From NCBI GenBank assembly GCA_037442365.1, contig JBBIQK010000001.1:37797-101796 (forward strand): a stretch of 64,000 nucleotides of DNA, given 5' to 3'. A program made the position numbers and the translations under genes. The notes beneath the pieces are model-generated. The model was given only the letters and a program-made list of their open reading frames with translations. It was not told the DNA's origin and searched no databases. This document shows, piece by piece, positions 43,601-51,745 of the stretch; position 1 is the first letter of the stretch, and each line of letters opens with the position of its first letter. The DNA is from Armatimonadota bacterium (GTDB lineage Bacteria > Armatimonadota > Fimbriimonadia > Fimbriimonadales > GBS-DC).

Positions 43601-45271
43601 GGGGGTCAACACTTCGCCCTTCGCGCCGATCCAGAACGCCTGCACGCCTTCGAGCTGGCTGGAGCCTGTGCCGCCCACATCGCGTCGGGTGCCGAGGTAG
43701 ACCACGATATCGTTGCCGCCGCCCTGCGCGTAGTTGGGCACATAGCCCGCCGCCGCGGGCAGCAGCCAGTTGCCTGCGTTGCCCGTGCGCGGCTGGAACC
43801 ATTCGCCAGGGAACACGCCGCTGGTGCGCACCACTTCAGGCGGATTCTTCAGCAGTACGGCGTAGAAGCCCGCCGAGACATTCGCACCCGCCTGATGGAG
43901 CGAGGGAACCAGCAGCAGCGTGTTGTCAATCACGATGGGCGCGGGGATTTGCCCATCGGGGGTTGTTGGCGTCGAGGCGGTAGACACAGGCGAGCTAACC
44001 CGCCAGACCGGCTGTGTCACTTCGGGAATGCGTCCCTGTGCGTTTTCGTCGCGGGGCAGCGCCCAGTAGCCGCGCAATTCCGTGCCCACCAGCGCCACGA
44101 CCTGCAGCCCGTTGGGAGTCTCCACTACCACAGGCGGCGACGATTGACCCCCCAGCTCGACCTGCCACACCTTGTCGAAGCTCTCGCCCTGCTCGTAGTC
44201 GAGGATGCCGTCGTCGGTGCGCCCATCGCCGTCGAGGTCGCGGCTGGGCACAGCGTCGTAGCAAATCAGCCTGCTGCCGCTGACCACAAACACCAGCCCG
44301 CCATACACAATGGGCGCTCCGTTTTGCAGGGCGTACTGGGTATTGCGGTCGCGCCAGCGCACACCGAGCGGCGCGCCGTACTGGTCGGCAACGGCGTTCG
44401 CGCGACGGGCATTAAAAGCGTCGCTGCTGCCTCCGCCTGCCCAGCGCACGAGGTTGTAGGCAAACTTCAGTTCGAGGTCGGGGATTGCTTCGATGCGAAA
44501 TTCAGACGCCTGGTTGGGCACGGAGCCGTTGCTGCGCACCAGCGGCGCGTTGATGGCCGCGGCGACCCCTGCCGCGCTCACGATAATGCGTCCCGACCCG
44601 TAGGTCGCCGCCGCAATCACGGGCGCGCTGGCGTTCACGGCGGTCACAATCTGCAACAGCGGTCGGTTCGCCGAGATATCGACCGCGCCGCCGCCGAAGC
44701 CCCGCCCACGCAAGCCTAAACTCGCAATCTCGCCGGGCGTCAGCGTGTAGTAGCCGCGCAGGAGCGGATGGTTCAGGTTCACAATGCTGATAGGCGCAGC
44801 GTTCGAGACGGGGGCGACCTCCGGGAAGAACAGCACGCCCGACGCGCCCTGCTGGGGCGTGTCCACCCATAGCACACCGCCGCCGTCCACAAAACGGCGC
44901 AGCTTCTCGCGTATCTCCGCCGTCATGCCCCCCCAGCTGGTACGGCTGATGAGCAGGATTTTGTAGCGTGCGAGCTGGTTGTCGTTCAGACGACTGACAT
45001 CCACCAGCCAGTAGACCGCCTGATTGCGCGTGGCGCCTGCGGGCGCGAACGGATTGCGGAACGACAGCCCCAACGGCTTGAGGTCCGCGCGCCGATCCAT
45101 CGCGTAGAAGGTGTAGACATCGCGCACGAGGGGGTCGTTCGCGCTGAACGCCACGACGCCTGCGTTCACGGGAACGGTGCGCGGCTCATAACCGCGTCCG
45201 TCCGCCCATGCGCACGCAACGCCCAAGCCCATCACGCCTACCAGAATCCACTGCGTCCATTTCATAGCCAT
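40628..45271 (-). CDS. giant secreted beta-propeller protein, candidate PilY1-like filament tip protein
   Basis: Signal peptide MAMKWTQWILVGVMGLGVACAWA. The N-terminal module (KILLISRTSWGG...FVDGGGVLWVD) looks like a class I GATase / DUF4159 fold. Propeller-like repeats carry a DLDGDGRTDD loop at 44210..44239. Positioned directly after the Glu-less minor pilin. Confidence 0.75.
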   Translation of the reverse strand: MAMKWTQWILVGVMGLGVACAWADGRGYEPRTVPVNAGVVAFSANDPLVRDVYTFYAMDRRADLKPLGLSFRNPFAPAGATRNQAVYWLVDVSRLNDNQLARYKILLISRTSWGGMTAEIREKLRRFVDGGGVLWVDTPQQGASGVLFFPEVAPVSNAAPISIVNLNHPLLRGYYTLTPGEIASLGLRGRGFGGGAVDISANRPLLQIVTAVNASAPVIAAATYGSGRIIVSAAGVAAAINAPLVRSNGSVPNQASEFRIEAIPDLELKFAYNLVRWAGGGSSDAFNARRANAVADQYGAPLGVRWRDRNTQYALQNGAPIVYGGLVFVVSGSRLICYDAVPSRDLDGDGRTDDGILDYEQGESFDKVWQVELGGQSSPPVVVETPNGLQVVALVGTELRGYWALPRDENAQGRIPEVTQPVWRVSSPVSTASTPTTPDGQIPAPIVIDNTLLLVPSLHQAGANVSAGFYAVLLKNPPEVVRTSGVFPGEWFQPRTGNAGNWLLPAAAGYVPNYAQGGGNDIVVYLGTRRDVGGTGSSQLEGVQAFWIGAKGEVLTPAINSAGIYQNYLRSRITGRARYYVPDDGIANPLHPRVFRINNTSGAIEDITSQCVFNPPAEQGRINYTGDTSGYTFIVDYYIDWAYATNFNLMFRTFASLPPYSDSSSAPPQKLRGFTLAPNGVLYVTTGTDTTDANTASGSVIALQEQSPPTQQQTRGGSKILWRWQSHGGYSQVVPGAAEPVIVPPSAIYREPNEYFMRFVGRFLRFSNDFVPNANDEPQRQWMNFTFIGAPIYYDGAVYAFAVGQARIGGFPIGIPYTTIVALDAEPEQFVIDLGAPIAASGDVRISQRDYGRSGPNPITNIVSSLAYSPNSPNPDIKVDFTTGQIRITSFGQADGGGQIRLLENVLSLTQPVQVSVGNTFNTLLDPDRIAGNWNNMRWYAVLLGQQLKANPVLVGDTLFLPCEITVPTESGLETFGSILGIAADPYRLQPDLAQRKDQAGTIPRVDPVNPLKYQSIIRWPFIDDLITDLEEDPDPGAFLRELFRRFAEGSQVGTGLSPIAVGEGLLVISSGEGLQAYSRQGTIIADESRLLEVDTAGRVVWSTENTQLDFYTGSIVSSKARYPITPNARVYRYGENELLIVEPERNRVAILDRAGAEVRTITRFIPDRVPLRDNDGNMTQIVDLRDEAWAQANNLPGSNYIAGAPDTLRNPTDVTVWTEFMPASRNPYTNRQPLEYWIHYTITDTGNARVVDIVDRYQADPNTFTVGAPVQDAQLGAMLGVLYWTTPTQRLERAYRYVSAQRFEYWDGNTTRIGFATLVQNTAASGFEATLTSDPLDPRTPEAGMITLQLIVNGRDQTIYIRRMQLPDGRVVPILAPVAIDTAKRSASGQGNAGLYLLVTTSTGIYELQVPLTGTVGDTLPVTWMLTNEAYTNAIRRRLDGNDLAEDGGELLRPILFKPRQARYLGNGNVLIVNAYSGTTLVRSGSNIEPREFPGEVFELDANDYNAGRDDLGFGNASIVWSTLDRPELSGSTQLRKPSSADRGGF

Positions 45272-45280
45272 TACCCCACC

Positions 45281-47878
45281 TCAGGGTCGAATATCGCCTG
45301 CGTAAATCGGTTTCGGGCACACGGGCAGGCGCGGGATTGGCGGCAACACTCTGCCCGGATGCTGTCCCGACGGGTCCTGCGCGGGCGTGTACGCCACCCG
45401 CATCGGCTGACCACCCACAATCGGGTCGCGGAAGATCGGATCGTACCGCATCAGCAGGTTCACCGCGTACTGCCCCGCCGTATCGTGCGTGTATTCCTGA
45501 TGTTCGAGCGGTATCTCGAAGTTGGAGCTGCCGTAGCGACGCGGGATCCAGCCCCATTTGCGCAGCCATTCGGTCTGGTCGCCCAGCGGCGCGGTGAAGT
45601 TCTCGGCGATTGCGCCTTCAATCGTGATGCGAATATCCAGCGGCTCGCCGTAGAAGGGGAATTCGGGCGACACGACGCCTGCGGGGCGCGCGCCCGTGCG
45701 CACAAAGTTCTCGCGCGTGTCCTGCGGGTCGGTGTTGAACCAGTAGCCCGGAATCACGAAGAAGCACCCTTCCTGCGCGAACAGCGCCGCCTGAATCTTG
45801 ATGTCCAGCGGTTGAATTGCCGCCGCGCTGAAGCGATAGGGCGTATTGTCCGTCGGCAGCTGGAAGTTGCCCAGCGTTGAAATCGGCTGGAGCTGCAGTT
45901 GCAGCAGGTTCGGGATGCCCGGTTCGGGCGCAAGCCCGTAGTTCGAGCCGACGGGCGGCGGCGTCAGCGGGAAGGCGACCTTCTCGTAGTTCGGGTAGAC
46001 CTGAAACGCCGTGCGCCCCAGCGGGTACATCACATTCGGGAAGCCCGCGATGTTGAACCGATAGAACGGGTCAGCGAACTCCGATGGGTTGACCAGCAGA
46101 TTGATGAACGATCCCGCGCCGCTGGCGGCATGGCGCAGATACAACCGCAGCCCGCCGTAGTTGCCCGTGTAGCCCTGCGGGTCTTCGCCGAAGCTGAACA
46201 GCAACCGCATCGGCTGGTCGGGCAACACCTCGAAGAAGTAGGGCGCTTCGACATTCGTCGGGTCGCCCTGCGCGCTGGCGGGGCTGTCGAAAGTGCGCTG
46301 CAGGAACTGCGTCGTGTTCACGCACACATAGTCCCGCGCGATAATCGCCAGTGAGGAACGGGCGTCGCCCTTGACGATGTTGCCCTCGATGTACGCCGTG
46401 CCGTTGGTGACGATGGTAATCTGCCTGCCCGACGGGATGCGCCCCTTGACGCGCACACTGCCCTCGGCGTAAATCACGCCGTTGAAGGGCACATCGAAGC
46501 TTGTGTCGCCCTGCGTGATTTCGCTGGTGAGCGTCGGGTTGCTCGCGTCGTTCGGGTTGCGGAAGAAGAAGTTCATCGTCTTCAGGTTGGTCGGCTGCCC
46601 GGTGATGGGGCTGTACCAAACATCGCGCGGCTCCGCCTGATTGCGCGTGATTCGGAAGCCCTGCGCCCGCACGGAGCCGTCGGTATTGAGCGTTTCCACC
46701 AGCTCGATGAACACGCCGGGCGGCTCGTAGAACGGACCGTTCCAGAAGCGCGATTTGCCGGGGTTCACCCAGTCGCCGCGCAGGGTGTAGCCGCCGAAGA
46801 AGCCGCGACTCTCTTCCTGTCTGTCGAGCGCGTTATTGATGTAGATGCCACGCCCATAGCCGTACTGCCCCGTGTTGAACCACACGCCGTTGGGGCGCTG
46901 CCGCCAGACGCCCGATTCCTGCGTCGCGGCGGCGTAGCGCGGGCGGTCGGTTGCGGGGTCCACGGTGTCCATGCGCGGCGGCTCCAGGTAGGCAATCGCG
47001 CGCGGGTAGCCGTCGGCGGCGGTTGTCGGGCGACCGTCGCGGTACAGCCCATTCGCCGTCGTGAAGTTCGTCGCGCTGCTGGGCAGCAGGTTGACGGTAC
47101 TCGCGCCGACGCTCAGCTCCACCTGTGCGCCCGTGTTATGCACCACCTCGCCCGCCACATAGACCCGCTCGCCCAGCGCAGGGTTCAGGGCAATCTCCAC
47201 AGCGCCGCTGAAACGCAGGTTGCCGTTCACGAACATCGAGCCGCCGCCCTGACCTGGAACGCCCAGAATCGTGCGGTACGGCACGCCAATCCCCACCTCC
47301 TCGGCGCCGATGTCCATCAGCGTCCCGCGCTGCTCCTTGTTCATCACGAAGCGCAGGTAATCGATCGTGCCAATCTGCATGTAGGCGACGCGCTCGGCGC
47401 GGCGGGAGCGATCCGCCTGCGTGAAGGTCGTCGGGTCGTTCGGGTCGACAATCCCCACGCGCCCGATGGATTCAATCTTAATCACAGGCTGGCGATGGAC
47501 GGGACCCGACGGCTGATACGACACGCGAATCAGCGCGCGCCCGTTCTGCAGGTTGATGCGCGTGAAGCCGCCTGTGCCGTCCGCGGGATTGTAGGGCTTG
47601 AGCCAGAAGTAGTCGGGGTCTTCGGGCGCGGTGATGTTGTCGGGGATGGGACGCCAATCTGCGCCGAACTCGCTGCGCACCAGCTGGTCAATCGCGAACT
47701 GCAGTCCCGACTCGGCGAAGTAGTCCGCGCTGAGCCGCTCGCGCGCCTGCTGCACATTCAGGATATTGCGGGCAATCACGGTGATGAACACCCCGCCCAG
47801 CACCAGCAGCACGAAGCTAACCAGCAGGGCAATCACCAGCGTCTGACCGCGTTCTGTGAAACGATAGGTTTGCATCAT
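45281..47878 (-). CDS. PilX_N/GspK-like Glu-less minor pilin-like protein, 865 aa
   Basis: N-terminus MMQTYRFTERGQTLVIALLVSFVLLVLGGVFITV...ADYFAESGLQFAIDQL matches the PilX N-terminal pattern, and position +5 is Ile rather than Glu. ATGA overlap with the upstream gene. Confidence 0.75.
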   Translation of the reverse strand: MMQTYRFTERGQTLVIALLVSFVLLVLGGVFITVIARNILNVQQARERLSADYFAESGLQFAIDQLVRSEFGADWRPIPDNITAPEDPDYFWLKPYNPADGTGGFTRINLQNGRALIRVSYQPSGPVHRQPVIKIESIGRVGIVDPNDPTTFTQADRSRRAERVAYMQIGTIDYLRFVMNKEQRGTLMDIGAEEVGIGVPYRTILGVPGQGGGSMFVNGNLRFSGAVEIALNPALGERVYVAGEVVHNTGAQVELSVGASTVNLLPSSATNFTTANGLYRDGRPTTAADGYPRAIAYLEPPRMDTVDPATDRPRYAAATQESGVWRQRPNGVWFNTGQYGYGRGIYINNALDRQEESRGFFGGYTLRGDWVNPGKSRFWNGPFYEPPGVFIELVETLNTDGSVRAQGFRITRNQAEPRDVWYSPITGQPTNLKTMNFFFRNPNDASNPTLTSEITQGDTSFDVPFNGVIYAEGSVRVKGRIPSGRQITIVTNGTAYIEGNIVKGDARSSLAIIARDYVCVNTTQFLQRTFDSPASAQGDPTNVEAPYFFEVLPDQPMRLLFSFGEDPQGYTGNYGGLRLYLRHAASGAGSFINLLVNPSEFADPFYRFNIAGFPNVMYPLGRTAFQVYPNYEKVAFPLTPPPVGSNYGLAPEPGIPNLLQLQLQPISTLGNFQLPTDNTPYRFSAAAIQPLDIKIQAALFAQEGCFFVIPGYWFNTDPQDTRENFVRTGARPAGVVSPEFPFYGEPLDIRITIEGAIAENFTAPLGDQTEWLRKWGWIPRRYGSSNFEIPLEHQEYTHDTAGQYAVNLLMRYDPIFRDPIVGGQPMRVAYTPAQDPSGQHPGRVLPPIPRLPVCPKPIYAGDIRP

Positions 47879-49743
47879 CTTGCCCTTATCCCTCCGCGCA
47901 CCTGCACGATGTTCGGCGCTTCCAGCTGCGTCGTGAGCGCGTAGTTCACGGGCTGCTGCGCGCCGTAGAATTTCAGTCCCATCTTCAGGTTCATCAGCCG
48001 CCGCGTCTGATAGTCCGCCACATAGCTATCGCCGTTCAGGTTGAAGCGATAGAAGAAGGTCACAAAAATCTCGGCGTCGGGCGGCAGCGGCGTGCGCGGG
48101 TCGCTGTAGAACTCGATATACCCGCGCAGCAGCTGGGGTGTGAAGCCGTAGGCGGTCATCACTTCCTGATAGGGCGCGGCGTCCTGATAGAGAATGCGGT
48201 ACTGGTTCGGTCCGGGCGTCGCGTTCGCCGCCGAGACGCGCTGGTAGCGGATGGGACGCCCGTAGTTCGGTCCGGGGCGCTGGTCGGGACCAATCACGAC
48301 TTCCGAGCCGGGCACAATCGACGCCGTCGGGAAGGTCAGATGATTGCTCGAACCGTCCATCGCGCCGTTGTTGTCCAGATCCATCAGCGACACATAGCGG
48401 CGCACATTCGGCGCGTTGTTCGGGTCGCGGTTGTACGCATCGTTGTAGCGCCCGTTGATGGTCGTCAGGTCGGGGTTGCTGTCGTTGAACGGCGTCGTGA
48501 ACGCGCCCGTCTTGAAACTCACGCCCTGCGCGGGGTACTGGAACCACCAGGGCAGCGCAAGGTCAATCAGCCCTGCCTCGCTATTCACATAGAACGCCAT
48601 CGGCTCTGCGTCGGTGTAGTAGTTGAGCGCGCTATTGAACCAGTCCGGTAGGGGTTGTCCCGTCTCCACCATCTGCTGAATTCGGGTCAGGTTCGCCACC
48701 CAGTCGTCGCGCTCCTGCCCATCGGGGGTCGCGCGGTAGTAGCGGATGTACCATTCGCCGTTGCCGTTGGGCGCGAGATAGAAGTAGCGCAGCGGCTCGT
48801 TGCGTTGCAGCGCGTCGGGGCGACTGCGGAACGCCACCAGGCGCAGGGTCTCCGGGTTCACATCCCACAGCCCCTGCGGGAAGCGAATCTGCAGAGGCGG
48901 CGCGCCTGCGCCCTCGTCGCCCAGCGTGTCGGTCTCAATCGGCGCGCCCATCTGGTTCACCGCCAGCGCAGGCGTGAGTTGCATCAGCGACTCGACGCGC
49001 GGGTTGCCCTGATCGTCGAACGATACATTCACCATGTCCACCTGTCCCAGCGGGACGACGGGCTTGGCGACTTTGCGCCAACCTGCGCGGCGCGCGCCGT
49101 AGAAAAAGTTCGGGTCAAAAAACTCGTCGATGCTGCCAAACAGCTCCGGGTTCAGCACCCACTGATTGCCCTGGCGCACATAGAGTCGGAACTCGGCGCG
49201 GTACAGCACGGCGTAGTTTTCAGGCTGTGTCGCGGCGGCGAGGGGCACTTCGTCGGGGTTGAAGTAGGGGTTGTCGTTGTCCATCAGCCCGATGAAGTAG
49301 CGCACCACGGTGCGTCCGGGCGAAATCGGCACAGCAATCTCGGCGTTGTAGGAGCCGTCAGGGTTAATCGGGATGTCGGAGGTCGGGTCGTTCGACTCCT
49401 GCGACGGGTCGCCGTAGGCAGGCATCACCATATCGATGACCGCGTAGCGCAGGGGCACGACGACCACCTGCCCCTGCCCGTTCAGCACAGGCAGGTTAAC
49501 CAGCCGATCCGCGCTATCGAACACATAGGCGGCGCGTTTGAGGTCGTTGGTGAACTGATTGATGACCAGTCGCGTTGTGTCCTGCGCCTGCGCCTGAATC
49601 TGTCCCTGACGGGTCAGGCGAAAACCCTGCACCAGCGGGATGAGCAACAAGCCGAGCAGGATGGCGGTAATCGCAATCACCACCAGCAGCTCCACCAGTG
49701 TAAAGCCCGCCTGTCGCTCCCGATGTGCCTGCCAGAATCGCAT
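47875..49743 (-). CDS. prepilin-type minor pilin-like protein (GspJ/PilW-like), 622 aa
   Basis: MRFWQAHRERQAG|FTLVELLVVIAITAILLGLLL is a class III signal with Glu+5. GGGAGG RBS before ATG 49743. The TTG at 49797 is the alternative start. Confidence 0.8.
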   Translation of the reverse strand: MRFWQAHRERQAGFTLVELLVVIAITAILLGLLLIPLVQGFRLTRQGQIQAQAQDTTRLVINQFTNDLKRAAYVFDSADRLVNLPVLNGQGQVVVVPLRYAVIDMVMPAYGDPSQESNDPTSDIPINPDGSYNAEIAVPISPGRTVVRYFIGLMDNDNPYFNPDEVPLAAATQPENYAVLYRAEFRLYVRQGNQWVLNPELFGSIDEFFDPNFFYGARRAGWRKVAKPVVPLGQVDMVNVSFDDQGNPRVESLMQLTPALAVNQMGAPIETDTLGDEGAGAPPLQIRFPQGLWDVNPETLRLVAFRSRPDALQRNEPLRYFYLAPNGNGEWYIRYYRATPDGQERDDWVANLTRIQQMVETGQPLPDWFNSALNYYTDAEPMAFYVNSEAGLIDLALPWWFQYPAQGVSFKTGAFTTPFNDSNPDLTTINGRYNDAYNRDPNNAPNVRRYVSLMDLDNNGAMDGSSNHLTFPTASIVPGSEVVIGPDQRPGPNYGRPIRYQRVSAANATPGPNQYRILYQDAAPYQEVMTAYGFTPQLLRGYIEFYSDPRTPLPPDAEIFVTFFYRFNLNGDSYVADYQTRRLMNLKMGLKFYGAQQPVNYALTTQLEAPNIVQVRGGIRAR

Positions 49744-49793
49744 CTCGTGTGCCTCCCTGATTGGACTCAACCTGTAGCGTCCGAGTTCCCGCG

Positions 49794-51635
49794 TCAATCC
49801 CTGACGGGCAACAACATATCGAAGTCGGTGCGGGTGCGTCGTCCAGGCGGTTCGTGCGTGACGCGCACTTTGACCGACAGCCCCTGCACGCCTCGAATCG
49901 CCTGCCCCGTCACGCCCGGATCCCAGCGCACAGCGTCTGGATGCGAATCACGCAGGTCGACATACACCAGCCCGGTGTCGTCGACGACCTCGCTGATACG
50001 GAACACGCCGTTCGTGCCGCGCTGGGTGTTGCCGCTTGCGTCCACATACCAGTATTCGCGTAGCAGCACCGACTTGCCTGCCTCGCTGCGGGTGAAGTAG
50101 AGCCGACGCGCGCGGTCGCTCGTGCTGCCCGTGTACGCCGCTTCAAGGTCGTACCAGCAGGAGTCGTAGCCCATGCCGACGGGGTTCTGCACCAGGTAGT
50201 AGCGGCTCGCCGCCTTCTGCACAGAGATCGCCCAGTTCTCATGCACGCGGTAGAAGACGCGGATTTTGCGCCCGTGCATCTGCGTGTTGCGGATTTCAAG
50301 GTTGCCCGTCGCGTAGTCGATGGTCGCGTTGAGGTTGGGCAGCGTCTGGGCGCGCAAATCGGGCGCAATCTCGCTGTCGGGCAGCTGTTGCCCCTGTCGG
50401 AAGTAGGCGGCGCGCCCCGTGAGCAGGTCCACCACAATCAAATCCGCCTGCAGCGGCTCGTTCTCCACATCGCGTCCCAGCCCCAGCCCTTGGTAGGTAG
50501 TCTGGTCGTCCTGCAGGTCGCCGAACTGCTTCAGGTCGGAGAACGCCAGTCGGATGCGTCCGCTGTTCGGCACGGTGAACTCCTCGCGCATAATCGTCCA
50601 GTCATGCACATAGTAGCTCACATAGGCTTCCAGCGGGCGCGTCCCGCGCCAGTAGCGTTCGTAGTAGCCCGAAGCGTTGGGATTAATCAATATCGTGCCC
50701 GTGAGCGGGTTCAGCACCTGGTACTGGTAGGGGTTTTCGGACGACCACTGGGCGCCCAGCGGCAGCTCGGTGAAGGCGCGCGCCGCTGTATCCGAGAAGG
50801 GCGCGATGCCCAGAAAGCCCGAAACGCCGCTCACAGGCGAGCCGTCAGGCAGAGGCAAATCGATCCACTGCGGGAACGGCGCGTTCGGGTCCGTCGGGGG
50901 CAGCTCGATCACTGCAGCGACGAACTGCGTCTCGACGCGACCGCTGGGCGCAACATAGGCAAAACTATACTCCACCAGATAAGTGATGGGCACATAGCGC
51001 AGGGGGCGCAGGAGTACCTTCGCCGCGTCGTAGTCGATGCCATACTCGTACAGGCGGATGTTCGGTCGCTGGAATTCGGAGTTGAGGATAAAGCGTCGCA
51101 TCGGACCGCTCGTGACCACCAGATAGTCGCGGTAGTCGCCGCCGCCCGCGCGCTCGCCCGTCGGTCGCTGGGCAATCGGCGCAAACAGCGTCGTGTAGAC
51201 GATGCCCTCTGTCAGCTGGTCGCGCCTGCCGAGCGTTGGACCGGGCAACCCCAGAGCGATTCGCTCGCCCACGATGCGACGAAATCGGTTCACGCCGCTG
51301 GCGTACTGGCTGGGGAAGCCGTTCGGCAGGTTCGGCTGCACGCCCAGATCGTTGGGGTCAATCGAGGGGTCAATCAGCAGCACCGCTTCATCCGATGAGA
51401 AGTCGTAGCGGGTAGGCGCAATCGCACGCGGCAGATTGTCGGCGCGCGCCTTGAGCCGCTCCAGCTCCTGCTGCGCGTAGCGCGTCGCCGCATCGCTCTG
51501 TCCCGTGCGCTTGAGCGCAAGGAAACCGCTGGGGTACAGGCGAATGAACGCCAGTATCGCAATCGCCAGTATCCCAATCACCACCAGCACCTCGACCAGC
51601 GAGGCGCCCTGCTGTCGCTTACCCATGCCTACCAT
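49794..51635 (-). CDS. prepilin-type minor pilin-like protein, 613 aa
   Basis: MVGMGKRQQG|ASLVEVLVVIGILAIAILAF is a class III signal with Glu+5. AGGAG RBS 7 nt before ATG 51635. Confidence 0.8.
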   Translation of the reverse strand: MVGMGKRQQGASLVEVLVVIGILAIAILAFIRLYPSGFLALKRTGQSDAATRYAQQELERLKARADNLPRAIAPTRYDFSSDEAVLLIDPSIDPNDLGVQPNLPNGFPSQYASGVNRFRRIVGERIALGLPGPTLGRRDQLTEGIVYTTLFAPIAQRPTGERAGGGDYRDYLVVTSGPMRRFILNSEFQRPNIRLYEYGIDYDAAKVLLRPLRYVPITYLVEYSFAYVAPSGRVETQFVAAVIELPPTDPNAPFPQWIDLPLPDGSPVSGVSGFLGIAPFSDTAARAFTELPLGAQWSSENPYQYQVLNPLTGTILINPNASGYYERYWRGTRPLEAYVSYYVHDWTIMREEFTVPNSGRIRLAFSDLKQFGDLQDDQTTYQGLGLGRDVENEPLQADLIVVDLLTGRAAYFRQGQQLPDSEIAPDLRAQTLPNLNATIDYATGNLEIRNTQMHGRKIRVFYRVHENWAISVQKAASRYYLVQNPVGMGYDSCWYDLEAAYTGSTSDRARRLYFTRSEAGKSVLLREYWYVDASGNTQRGTNGVFRISEVVDDTGLVYVDLRDSHPDAVRWDPGVTGQAIRGVQGLSVKVRVTHEPPGRRTRTDFDMLLPVRD

Positions 51636-51745
51636 GCTCTCGCTCCTGATTGCAGGCGCCACGAAAATTCGCCACGCCCCGATTAACGACGCTTCGACAC
51701 AGGGTCGGCGCGTCGGGTTCCACTACCCTGCGGTCGGATTCGCGC

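Noticed and set aside
44210-44239. DLDGDGRTDD loop as proof of PilY1 identity
   Set aside because: DxDxDG calcium loops are widespread (FG-GAP, TSP3, dockerin). It is kept only as supporting context and not as a diagnostic.
34677-44719. Series of long plus-strand ORFs (34677..35813, 35991..37448, 37458..38360, 39195..40379, 41042..42682, 43091..44719)
   Set aside because: All are antisense to the two giant minus-strand genes, whose uninterrupted 6.4 and 4.6 kb frames, signal peptides and repeat motifs are far stronger evidence. The antisense products are Arg/His/Gly-rich.
48655-51398. Plus-strand ORFs 48655..50100 and 50241..51398
   Set aside because: Antisense to the minor-pilin-like genes. 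They have no RBS and a biased composition.
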